Source: Marsupella aquatica (lineage: Eukaryota; Plantae; Marchantiophyta). Taken from it: a stretch of 64,000 bases of DNA. Of this stretch, positions 47,928 to 59,495 are shown piece by piece (within the stretch, counting starts at the first letter, position 1; each line of letters starts with the position of its first letter). The notes under the pieces are model-generated. The model made no database searches. It was not told the origin of the DNA and saw only the letters and a program-made list of their open reading frames with translations. The DNA lies in the NCBI GenBank assembly GCA_973895155.1, contig OZ316899.1:7319241-7383240 (forward strand), read 5' to 3'. Made by a program: the position numbers and the translations under genes.

Positions 47928-50900
47928 AGGTTAGTGCCGTGTAGGTAGGTCTGGTAGCTTTGATTAGATCTTAGCAGGTGCCATGGAGTGTAGTCTCTAC
48001 TCAGTGCTCCATTTTGGTGTTCCCATGGAGCAAACAGTCGCCGAGATGGGTCTACTAGGTAGGCCCATTCCATTTTGTACATATCGGGGTCATCCCCTTT
48101 TTTAATATGAGATTTTTTGACCACATGTTTTGAGCCTCCTTTGGACCCTAATATATTGGTTGATGTTCTCAAACCCAAAATAACCACCCATGAAACCCTA
48201 GCTATTGTAACAAATTAAGCCATCCGTTATGATGTTCGTTTGCACCTTCATCGGTCCTTCCGTTTCAATCCCCTTCGCAGCATCCGATCCTTTCCGCATT
48301 GGACCCCTCCAACAAAACCAAAACATCAAAACAATGTGTCCGATGGCAACGTCATTGGATTTTCCAAACCTCATTACATCGCACTATCCGATACCAAATC
48401 TAACGCAACATCCGATAATTCTCCAAAGGCAAACTCCGATACTACACGCATTGCAATGTACGTAGCAAAAACTATGGAACTATCCCATACCATTACTATT
48501 GGACAATGGTCGTTTTGAGAGAAGGACTATTTGTTGGTGTCCGATACGTATTGGATCGGATGTGCAGGTTTGCGAATGGGTTGGAATCGGAAAGTTTGTC
48601 GGCATCATCAACGGAAAGTCCGAAGTAAGTCCGATGGTTGATTTCTGATGAGGATTGGATGGGATATTGCAAAGCGGGTTACATCGGATAGTTGATTTTT
48701 CCGAAATGAAGTTTCCAAAGGGATCCAACGGAATAGCTATCGGATAATGGCCCTAAAATGTACTAGTGCACTACCCGAGAAGCTCACATACTGAACCATC
48801 CCAAACCTTCCTCCCTTGCCGGAACACTTGAGGCACCGGAAAATAGTACGGAGATAGCCAGCAAGGAGTTGTTAGTACCAACAACTGCCACTGTGGCCCC
48901 CCTTCACATGAGCATCTTACCAAGTATACGGAGGGGGAGTGCCATCACGGCTGTAAAACCACTCAAGAAAAAGAAGGTTACATGGATTCCCAAAGTGTTG
49001 TGGGATAGGAGAGTTAGTGGAGTCATTGGATTAAGCACGGACAACGGTCTTGGAACCCGTGGTCTATAATGGTATCAGACTAACAGAGATAGAAGGCAAC
49101 CTTGATCAGGCTACACAAAACCATGTGGACGTAATCCGCAAGGAGCACTATTGCAAGTATACCACGGGAATAGAGAGAACCTTCAACCTAGGGTACGGCC
49201 TACAAGCTCCGGAGGAGAAGGCCATCCAAAAGTTACTAGAGGATTACAAAGACGTCTTTGCTTGGAGTCATCGAGATCTAATAGGAATCTCACCTGATTA
49301 TGGGGAGCACGTCATCAATCTGAATTTGGGAGCCCATGCTGTTTGACAGAGATAGCGGCGGTTAAACCCGAGGCACTCCATTTTGGTCAAGGAAGAGTTT
49401 GACCAATTGATCATAGCGGATATCATTTATCTCGTGTTATCCAGCAAATGGGTGTCACCTATAGTGGTGGTTCCAAAGAAAGTAGGACCAGATGGTAAGC
49501 CAAAGATTTGAATATGTCAAGATTATAGGACGCTCAATGACACTACTAGAAAGGACCATTACCCGCTTCCATATATGGATATGGTCCTCAACATGGTAGC
49601 CCAAAATGAGGTATACACCTTCTTGGATGGCTACTTGGGCTACAACCAAATCTGGATCAGATTGTCTGACCAACTCAAAACGACGTTCATCATGGAGTGG
49701 GGGACGTACGCCTTTAGGAGGATGCCCTTTGGCTTATGCAATGCTCTTGCAATGTTCCAACAAATCATTATGAATATTTTTCACAATTTCTTACAAGAAT
49801 TCTTAGAGGTATTCATAGATGATTTTGCTATCTTTGGAACAATTGTGCAGCACCCAGAACATTTGAGGCGCACCTTTGACAAATGCAAGGAGGGGGGATT
49901 AAAGTTACATCCGGGTAAATGCTTTTTTGGAGTAACAGAAGGAGTCTTACAAGGCCACCATCCAAGCAAGGGATAGAAGTAGATCAGGAAAAAGTTGCGG
50001 TATGGATGAACGTCCCATACCCAACAGATTAGAAGGCGGTACGGTGTTGGCTACTACCGGCGGTTTATCCCAAAATTTCTCTGCCCCTCACAAAAATGAT
50101 GAAACGGGATGTAGTCATAGAAATGACCCCCCGTCAAGTCATAGCCTTTGACGAACTAAAAAACCGTCTGACCATGGCTCCTATCTTGATTACCCCCAAT
50201 TGGAACAAGGAGTTCCATGTGTATGTCAACGTATCAAGGTTTTGCATTGGGTCAGTATTGATCCAACTAGACAAGGAGAATCAAGATCACCCCATCTATT
50301 ACGTGAGCAGACAATTGTTTGCTGCATAGACGACCAAACCTTATAGGACTAAGGCCACTAAGTCCTTTTTTGCAACTTTAAATGACTCAAAACCATTGCA
50401 CCAGTTCACATGAACACTACAAAAGACTGTGAGTGCTTTTTGGTTTAGGATAAGACTATGAAAAGTACCCTACTTTGTGAAAGAATGAACACTCTAGCAC
50501 ATGATGGGTTGTAGGGTTTAGTTGTGGGCTTTAATTTGATAATGGGAATACGGGGGGGTTGCACTGTAACTCATTTGGCGACCTCTTTACCAACATCCTG
50601 CTATATTGAACATGTACAAATGGCGTAAATGTTGAAATGCCCTAATGTCTCATATACTCTATAGTGGGTTTGGGGGTTTAGGGCTCAAGGGTGGGCCAGT
50701 TATATGTGAAGGGTGTGGGGGGTCACCACTATAGGTGTGAGATAAGGATGTTTATGAAAGAAGGGTTAACTAACCATAAATTTTAGGATTTTTACGTTTA
50801 AGATCTCAAATGAAGCTGAAGAGGGACCTGAAGACTACTTTGAAGTGGTATGAGACTTTCATGCCCATCTGAGGTCAACCTGGATTGATATTAGAGAAGG

Positions 50901-51459
50901 AGGATCGATCCGGAACTTTTTACTATAAGCCGTGATGAGATATAAAAGCTTATACCATGACTCTACTGAACAACAGCTATCCATTGCCAAAGTTTTTAAA
51001 ACCATAAGTCAAACACAGGCACGACCACAGCAGAATCCGGATATAAGGAAGGAGAGTCGATCTGGCCTCTCACACCTCTCAAAGCTGAACTTAGTAGGTT
51101 TTGAGCTCCCAAGCGCATTAGGCTGTTTAAGCAGTAGAGTGAGGAGGCTCTACCCTTTTGGTAGAGGATCTTGGGTCCAAATTATAGGACCAATCTTGCA
51201 TTACATGATGAGAGCCTGGATATGAGGGTACTGACTGATTCGTTGTGAGGGGAATGCCTACTCCACCGCTGGAAGTGAAGGCAAGAAGTTTAAGATCCTG
51301 ATTGTGGATACATCGGTTGTGAGAAGGGAGCCAGGTCGACCCGAACATCACCATTGTAGGCCCGATTGAGTCCAGCTTTTCCCCAGGTTCGACGCACCTG
51401 TATTTTGGTTGACAAAATCTTGATACACTTCTCCAAAAAAGCTCGTCAGTTGATCAGAA

Positions 51460-53328
51460 ATGCTACGGCCAGGTCGACCCGGACATTTCTACCAGTGGTC
51501 GACACCGAAGAGATTGAACATTCTAAAGCCGCATCATTGTAGAGCTCGCCGTAGAGGAGGCAGACCATTTACCAAAAATCAATTTGCTACTTCCAGAAAT
51601 CCTATGGAGCAAGGGGCGGATCCAGCCGGAATGTCCACTTCTCGTGTTTCTAAGGGGCATTCAACCTCAACATCACCTGCACCCACTCCGGTTAAAGCCC
51701 CTGTGAGACGATCAAAGAGAAAGGAGGTCCCCATTGCCATGAAAATTCTGAGGCCAGCTATTCCGGACAGTGAAGCTGAGAAGGTTAAATTGAGGGAGTC
51801 TTTGCCTAGGATGGGCTGTGAGTCTCTGATGGAGCTACCCTGGAGTTATTTGAGCGAAGATATGATCAGAGAGATCCGATCCAAGGAGTGTCCGGCTGAG
51901 TTTAAGGATACCTCTAGAGGCCGACCTGAGCGATGGACTCAGATGATGGTTGCAGGAGCTTTTGTATTGGAAGATGAAGGAGAAGGTCCAGTGGGGAGAG
52001 CTGTCATTCTAATCTTTCCTTACTTCAAAGGAGCCATCAACAGTAAGGACGGGTTCAATGTTTCTAAGTGTTTGGATCCTGATTTGAAACGAGTCTTCAG
52101 CTTCCTGCTACCCCTGCTATATCCTGAGAAGCCACAAAGAGTTACTGTTGGAGTTGGCTCTACCATTGTTGTTGCTTACAAGGGAGAAAGAAAAGTCAAC
52201 TGGGCTAAGCTTATCTTTGATTTGATAAGGAAGTTGGTACAGAACCTGTCCAATAAGAGTCCTACTCCCCTCTCCTGCTACCTGGTACATCTATATAGCT
52301 TTGAAGGAGTTTTGTTCAGAGAGGAGAAGAAATTACTATTGGCCAAGTTCAACTTCATAAAGTATGAAGAGGCAGATCCAGATATCACCCAGGCCACCTC
52401 TGATGACAGTGAGGATGAGGAACCAGCAGAGATAAATCCTCGAAAGACCCGGTCTGCTGCCCGGAACCTCGACCCGACCTTCGTCGACCTGGCTGAATTT
52501 CCGGATGCACCCGACCATGCCTCCCTAGACACCCTAGCTGATTTCCAGATCATCTCAGACACATTCCAGAAGGTGAAGAGGAAGACCACTGTGATGAAGA
52601 AGGCCATCACTGACATTTCTCAGAAGTTAGGAGTGAAACCAGGGCAGATTCTTGAAAAGATCTCCACCATGAGTGATGCCACAGATAAGAGGAAGTTGGA
52701 GAAGGAGAATGAGTTCCTCAAGAAGAAGGTATCTGAACTCAAACAACAGTTGGAAAGGAGTAAGAAGAAGAATGAGCTTGGGCATACTCTCCAACTCAGT
52801 ATCACTCAATCTTTGGATCTGATTGAGCCTTTGACTGAGATAGCTTCTCCGGATCTTCTTAAGGCCCAAATTTATGATGAGTATTTGGCCAAGAACACTA
52901 CACCCATCCTTTTCTCCAAGATTAACCATTTAGTGGTAGATGTGAGTGCCAAGGTGGATGATGCACTTACGGGTCTCTCAAAGACCTGTGAAGCCTTAAG
53001 GGAGATGAGTGACTTGACTACAGAGGAGCTATTAGCTGATACTGAGATTCTTGCCTTTACTACCAGATCTTTCTCTCCTAGTCCTCATGAAGAAGTCTAT
53101 TCCACTGGCCCCTCATCACCCCTCAACCCTCCTGGTTTCCCCACTCCCAGTACACACTTCCACTCTCATTCTTACACTTATTCTCATGACCCAAGTGCCC
53201 ATCAGGAGAACATGGATATTGACCCGTCCATCCCTTTTACCACTGGCCAGCAGGGAGTTTTCCTTCGACCAGAACCCCTTGCCATGGCTAACCCTGAGGA
53301 GGTTCCTTCCCAAAAGCTAGGACCATAA
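51460..53328 (+). CDS. TE accessory protein (622-aa open ORF; likely start 51604) with the same LPW/GF..C..P domain and coiled coil as elements A and B
   Basis: MGCESLMELPW...EDMIRE...RGRPERWT...SKDGFNVSKCLDPDLKRVFSFL...KVNWAKLIF, followed by an acidic linker and coiled coil. Confidence 0.72.
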   Translation: MLRPGRPGHFYQWSTPKRLNILKPHHCRARRRGGRPFTKNQFATSRNPMEQGADPAGMSTSRVSKGHSTSTSPAPTPVKAPVRRSKRKEVPIAMKILRPAIPDSEAEKVKLRESLPRMGCESLMELPWSYLSEDMIREIRSKECPAEFKDTSRGRPERWTQMMVAGAFVLEDEGEGPVGRAVILIFPYFKGAINSKDGFNVSKCLDPDLKRVFSFLLPLLYPEKPQRVTVGVGSTIVVAYKGERKVNWAKLIFDLIRKLVQNLSNKSPTPLSCYLVHLYSFEGVLFREEKKLLLAKFNFIKYEEADPDITQATSDDSEDEEPAEINPRKTRSAARNLDPTFVDLAEFPDAPDHASLDTLADFQIISDTFQKVKRKTTVMKKAITDISQKLGVKPGQILEKISTMSDATDKRKLEKENEFLKKKVSELKQQLERSKKKNELGHTLQLSITQSLDLIEPLTEIASPDLLKAQIYDEYLAKNTTPILFSKINHLVVDVSAKVDDALTGLSKTCEALREMSDLTTEELLADTEILAFTTRSFSPSPHEEVYSTGPSSPLNPPGFPTPSTHFHSHSYTYSHDPSAHQENMDIDPSIPFTTGQQGVFLRPEPLAMANPEEVPSQKLGP

Positions 53329-55418
53329 TAGAGTTATATTTAGAGAGTTAGAGCCACATTAGTTTAGACTTAGAAATAGCTATATAGACTAGTATATGAG
53401 TAAGTAGACTCCAGTATTTTGTTGGTGTATCCATTGGAGACTCTACTCCATTTTTGACTAGGATAGTTCACTTTTATTTACATATTTCTTTAGACTTGGG
53501 TTTTGAAGAGGCATGTCTTTTCATAATCTCCACTTTTAGTACAAAAGGAGGAGAACCCAAAGTCAACCCCGGGAGAGAGAGATGCATTTGATTTCCCCAT
53601 TTTGATTTTGGAGAAATCTATGTCTTTTCTTCCCTTCTTTTTACCATGGTTAAGTAAAGAGAAGTTTCAAGATTAGCAACCCTTTGAGTTGTTGTGCAAT
53701 ATTCAATGAATACTAGCGTGTGCCTATGATGATATTGGAGATCAGCAAGGTCTGTGACCAATTCATATAGAAGAGTCACCAAAGAGAAATTGGAATTTAC
53801 GTGAAACTCAAATAAGCAATCTTAAGGATAGTAGGAGAAGTAAACCAATTCGAGTATCCTAGTACCGTCTTAAGCAAGACCAGAAAAGTGTCCCGGGTTG
53901 ATTTACATTGTTGTCTTCTAAATTCAAGAGATGGAGAAGAGTTGCTATGAGAAATCAAAAAGCATATACAATGTTGATTTCCGAATCTTAAATTAGGCCA
54001 TAATCCTTATTGAAGGAGTGGTGATGGTCGGAATTCAATTTCCTTGCGCTTTGAAACCTCCTACCTACTCTCTCTAGTTTTTGATCTTTGTTAATTCTAG
54101 CATTTATTTCCGCACTGTGAATCCTGTGGATTACCCACTTGAGTTTGTGGTTAAACACTTATGTTAAGGAGATCATTAGAAATCTCTCCAACCTAAGAAT
54201 GTTGGTGTAAGCTTCTCAAATTGTGTTAATTCAGTCTTTTTGATCTTATCCACTCCTAACGGGAACGAAATCGAGTTATTAAGGAGTAAATAGTCATTTA
54301 TCTCTTTATCACCTTGCTACAATAGGGGGTTTAGGGGGGTTTATATGTCAAGGGTGGGCCAGTTAGGGAAAGTGGGTTGTTGATCCGTACAGAGGGACTG
54401 ACGTGAGGCTGGAAGGAAGGCGCTGACTTGTGCTCTCTCTCGAGAGCTTGGAATCCTCCACACTTGGATCAAGTGTGGTCTTTGCTTCCCAAGGGGGAAG
54501 GTTTTGATACGCATGAGACATCGCTTGCGAATGAACCCAATCTTGCTCACTCTCGACATTTCCACATTTGGGAAGGCTCGGGAGAATTTTTGAAGATTTT
54601 AGGGTAGTTTTGTGTGCAGGAGAAGGGCGTCGCGCTTTGTATACACACGGGCGGAGTGGGATCGGAGGTGGTTAGCTCATTGGAGAACTTTTACCTCTGC
54701 TACGGGTGCTGGAAAAGGAGAGTTTTAACTGTTATACATTGGTGGATTATCTGTGTGAGTTGGTGTGATTCGGTTATGGGCTCGGATATAACCAAGAGTG
54801 GTGGAAAAGTGAGGAGTGAATGGGCCAAGAGAGGTTTTGAGGAGATAGATGTGTAAGCGGACGGAAGGTAGAGGGGATAGAGAGGATCAATCTTCCTGTT
54901 TTGGCTGAGCAGGCGGATTGAAGTGGCCAAAATGGTCTCTTCCGGAGGGGCGGAGCCCGGGGATTCAAGGGAAGGCAATTGCCTACGAAGGGTGAGGGGA
55001 GGCCTATGAGCTGAACGGGGATCGTAAGTGGCTCGGACATAGTGGGGCGTCCTTGACAATCGAGGCTTAGTCACGGACGGAGGGGAGACCTTTTGATGCC
55101 ACCCACCGGCATTGATTATCTGGGCTGGAGCGGCGAGACAATTTTGGATGAATGAGTGGCAGCAAGAGGAGGGAGAATTGGGACGAGCTGTGAACTGTTT
55201 TAACGCTACTACCTGCAAAAATAAGGGTGGGCGGGCATACACATTGGTGACAAGGAGGACTGACCTTGGTGCGCTTTGGAGGCGGGGATGGCTGGAGAGC
55301 CTGCGGGATTTGGCGCAATCGTCTGATCTTTAGGTGAGGATAAGAAGACCTTGACTCTTTTCTTCCTTATTGGATGCTACGGTTGTAGAGTCAACAAAGG
55401 CCTTAATAATTGACTATT

Positions 55419-57512
55419 ATGGACCCTCGAGCCGGAGGAGCACGCGGGGGGGACGTCTGGCTGGTGGATGGGTTGATCGGAGAATGCAGGGGGAGATGGA
55501 TGCTAGGATTGAGGCAAGGGGGTTGCCTGGTGAAGCTGTGGGGAGATCACTCGCGGGGGTGTTATGGCCAGTGGAGTTGCATTGGGGTTCTCTGCGCAAG
55601 ATGCGCGCTCTGGGAGGAACGACCCAAATTTGGATGCGATAAATGTAGCCCGATCTCAGTTGTACTCTTTGGGTGGGAATGAGTGCCCAGCGAAGGGACC
55701 TGGACCAGTGCTGCTATCGGCGAGGGGAATGGAATTGCCTCGGACCCTGCTGGAGAAGGATGGAGCTGAGGCGAATGATGGCGACTCGCTGCCCTGGGGG
55801 AGTGATGCACCTAGAAGAAGGGCGAATGCTATTAACCAGGATGCAACGGTGGGGAGTGAGGTGCCACAAGAAAATGTGGAGATGCAGGACGCGTCAGTGG
55901 AGGTTGAAGAATCGGAAGAGTGTATCAAGATCCTGCGAGAGATTGCAATCAGGTCCAAAGGCAATCTTGACAAGCGGGTCTTTGCAAAAGTGGAATGGAA
56001 TCTACCGGAAGCAGCTTGAAATGTGAGGCAACTATATAATTGCGCTCTTATATGCTACTTCACGGGAAGAACGCCGCTCCTCACGGATTTTAGAGAATGG
56101 GTCGACGAAGTGATGACAAACCAGGAGGGATGGCCTGTACTTCAGGTTAAATTTGTAGGGAAGAACTTTTACATGATTGTTTTTGAGGATCCTAATCATA
56201 GAGATTTGACACTCAACTACGCACCATGGTTTATGGAGAGACAATTTATATACACGTTTCCATGGGATCCGTCCTTTGACGTTAAATGTGAGAACTTCTC
56301 TAAACTCCCTGTTTGGATCGAGATCCCATTTAGGGACCTCGCGCTAGAAGGTTGTAGAAGAAAGATCGCTTGCTCTTTAGGGACTCTATTGTACTACATA
56401 CAGGGGAATGAATTCAGTTCTTATCCCCGCGATCGAGCTTGCATTCTTTGGGACACGGATAGGGAAGTCCCTGCCAGTGTCAAGATCCCAATTCGTGATG
56501 ACATTATAATATGGCAACCTGTGACGTTTATATCCCCTACCATTGCTTTCGATGCAACAAAAGAGGTCACCTGGCCCGAGAATGTAAAGAAATCTTAGAG
56601 ACGGCTGGTGCTCTACGGACAGGAGCAAACCCGTCGGATGAGAAAGACAACGAGAGACACTCTAAGGCTGATCAGGAGGAGGTGCTGAGAGCTAAAGAAA
56701 ATGCTGAAGCACGTGCTTTTTTTCGGGGAGCCACGATGCCTCCCGTGCTGGAGATACCCTTTTCAGTGGAGGAGGATATTGCTCAGGTGGAGTTGCTAAT
56801 AGTTAATCTAGAACCTGGGGTGCTGGCGGTGCGGAGCTTTGTTCCGCAACTGACGGTGAGCCCGGAATTGAGGGTGGAGAATTTTGCGTCGGGAGCCGGG
56901 GTGAGTAGGGTGGATTTGCTTTGGTCTCCTAGGCTGGTTGGCTGCATTGGGGACTCACAAGATTTAGTGGTGGCTAGGATTCCACTGTTGGCTGATGTTG
57001 TCCCGTCACTTGGGCGACGGACTACTGTGAGAAATTCAGCAGACAACGGAATAGATAGCCTTACTACTCCCAATTCGCGCGATGGAAATGATGAGACCTT
57101 CTCTTTTCACTAAGAATTGGATGTTGAGATGTCTGAATATGAAGCTTATATTTCACACAGTAAATTCAAAGCGAGGGCCCGCAAGCAAGAACTTCACACA
57201 CCGCCTTCTGAAAAGATTGAGAAGGCCAAAGGAGAGGCCAAGAAGCAAAGATCAATTAGATTCTCACATGGTGCTTTGTCTGATGTAGGCAGTGCGGAGG
57301 GTATTGCGCTGGACAAGAGACTACTACTCACCCTTCCTGGCAGGAGTGATAGTGATGCGCTGGTCCAGGGGAATGCTCCTTTTGGTGGTGGAGTGGTGAA
57401 TCTAGCCTCCCCCATGCGTGTCTCTCCTGCAGGCTCTATAAATGGATATATGAGTGGACCTATGGGCCGGGATGTGACGGGGATGTCCCTAGGGGGACGT
57501 CATAGATTATGA
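55419..57512 (+). pseudogene. LINE ORF1 (DUF4283 and CCHC knuckle)
   Basis: VKFVGKNFYMIVFEDPNHRDLTLNYAPWF, LPVWIEIP, CFRCNKRGHLAREC; frameshifts and stops. Confidence 0.85.
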
Positions 57513-57572
57513 GACGCAAGGAAGGGTGGTGGTTGTGCCAGGATTTAAATTTATATTTGGCATAGCAGGAGG

Positions 57573-59495
57573 ATGGATGGAAGGCTCAGAGTAGCATCTT
57601 GGAACATTTGTGGACTTTGCAAGCCCAACCGTAAGCATATTGTTAAGAATTGGGTAAGATCTCTGAAGGTACCTCTAGGGATTCTGGCCCCACAAGAAGT
57701 TAAAACTGATCAATTTAGACTTGATATGGCTCTACGGGCTATTCTCCCTGCATATCAGCACTTTTCTTCTGAGCTAGACGAGGGAAGGGGAGGAACGGCT
57801 CTTCTGGTACACCCAGAACTGAGGGTGGTGGGCTCGGGAACACTGGATATGGGAAGGGCAGTATGGGCGGTGGTAGAGAAGGGAACGGTGACATTCGGAA
57901 TTGTGTGTATATATGCTCCCAATTCAGCTAGACTAAGGGCTCTACTATGGAATGATCTTAAGGTGATGCTGCCACACAACGACTGGGTGTTGTGTGGCGA
58001 CTTCAATATGACAGAACGCAGAACGGACTCAACAGGTACATCGCCGCTGATCCGAGGTAGAGAGGCTGAGTTTTGGAGATTTTTGAGGATGAGATTCAAT
58101 TTGACAGACGCGTGGGACATTAGGGGAGGTGCTGTAGGCCCGCGCTTCACGTGGAGGAGGAATCAAAATGGAGCGATGTCACAGTCTCGACTTGACAGGA
58201 TTTACGTTAGTGAAAGGGGAGAATGGCTTCAAGAGGTGGAACTCTTACATGACGGGGGCTCTGCCCTCTCGGATCATGATCCAGTAATGCTGAATGTGCG
58301 GCTCTTTGGACTGACAGAGACGGTGGAGAGAGGCAAAGTGAGATTGTTCATGGCCAACCCGACGTTTCTGCGAAGAAGGGAGGACATTCTGCGGTTGGAA
58401 GCTGCTTGGAGGGTGGGACGGGGAGATTTTGTGGACCCGCGGCTGCGCTTTGCTAAGGGCAGCTGGAAAATGCGTCAAACACTAAAGGAGATACAAGCCC
58501 AACCAAGGACGACTGAGATGGAGATGGCTGCACAGCAAGCTCAGCAGCGTGTACTCAAGATGGCCATTATAGAGCACCATTCAGAGGGAGACATTGCAGA
58601 GTTCATGGACGTGGAGGCCTCTGAGATGGAGATGGCTGCGTAGTGAGGTCAACTACATGTACTTAAGATGGCCATTATAGAGCACCATTCAGAGGGAGAC
58701 ATTGCAGAGTTCATGGACGCGGAGGACACTCTACATGCCTCTGAGCTGGAGGAAGCACACAGAGGAAGACGGCTAGCTAGAATTAAGTGGCTAAGTGAAG
58801 GAGACAAATCAACAAAGTTTTTCTTTGCCACAGTGAAGGCTAAACGATCTTGTGAGTCTATGCCTTCATTGAGTAGGGAGGACGGGAGTACAGTATCTGA
58901 CCCTGGGGGAATCCTGAAGGAGGTGGAAAGGTTCTGCCAAACATTATACTCGCCTGAGTTGCAATTGGAGGCGGAGTTGGCAGAGGTACGTGTGGCCATG
59001 GACAGACTGCTTGGCAACACGCGGTTTGCGCTCTCGGGAGCGGAGATTTTGAGGATGGAGAGCCTCCCGTCATACCAGGAGGTGAAGGAGGTGCTGTGGC
59101 TCTTGCCTTGCGACAAAACACCAGGACCTGATGGCATGATGGCTGAGGTCTACAGAGCATGCTGGGAGTTTCTCGGGCAAGATCTGGTGGATATGATACA
59201 GGAGTTTTGGCTTACATGTGCTCTGGACGCTGGCATCTGTGAAGGGATTGTGAAGTTCATACCCAAGAAACCTGACAAAAGATTCTTAAGGGACTGGCAC
59301 CCCTTGACAATGTTAAATACAATTTACAAGCTCATTGCCAAGATCCTCGCTATTTGGCTCAAACCGATTCTACACATGATTATCAGCCCACAACAGACTG
59401 GATTTATACCTGGAAGACACATTCTTGAAAATATTTCCCTTGCCTGGCTTACCTGCAACTGGGTCCATAACAAAAGGAGAGAGACATTGTTCCTT
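57573..59495 (+). pseudogene. LINE ORF2 (APE endonuclease and RT N-terminus)
   Basis: SWNICGL, QEVK, IYAPN, GDFN, SRLDRIY, SDHDPV; DKTPGPDG, DWHPLTMLNTIYK, QTGFIPGR. Confidence 0.95.
58513..58725 (+). repeat. 108-bp tandem duplication in LINE ORF2
   Basis: CTGAGATGGAGATGGCTGC at 58513 and 58621; MAIIEHHSEGDIAEFMD twice. Confidence 0.9.

Larger units (their letters stand above)
34824..48768. mobile_element. CACTA (En/Spm) DNA transposon with both ends intact, 13.9 kb including nested insertions
   Basis: TIR CACTAGTACATTTT (14/14) at 34824 and 48768; 3-bp TSD CAC (34821-34823, 48769-48771); many TCCGAT/ATCGGA subterminal repeats at 34845-35360 and 48220-48745. Confidence 0.96.
34054..50329 (+). 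mobile_element. Athila/Tat-like Gypsy remnant (gag tail, protease, RT, partial RNase H) split by the CACTA element
   Basis: Protease-like VPIDGEFGVNIM...YPVLLG (34333-34569). RT/RH: DVFAWS, VSPIVVVPKK, FLDGYLGYNQI, RRMPFGLCNA, VFIDDF, FHVYVNVS...IYYVSRQL (49050-50329). Confidence 0.88.
54380..59495 (+). mobile_element. L1-clade LINE (5' leader, ORF1, ORF2), interrupted at 59495
   Basis: ORF1 and ORF2 in tandem; ORF2 breaks at RETLFL just before KLDFEKAFD. 5' boundary approximate. Confidence 0.9.

Noticed and set aside
54341-55333. Short ORFs in the LINE leader and the many antisense ORFs over GC-rich TE genes
   Set aside because: No recognisable motifs; shadows of opposite-strand coding or of purine-rich UTR.
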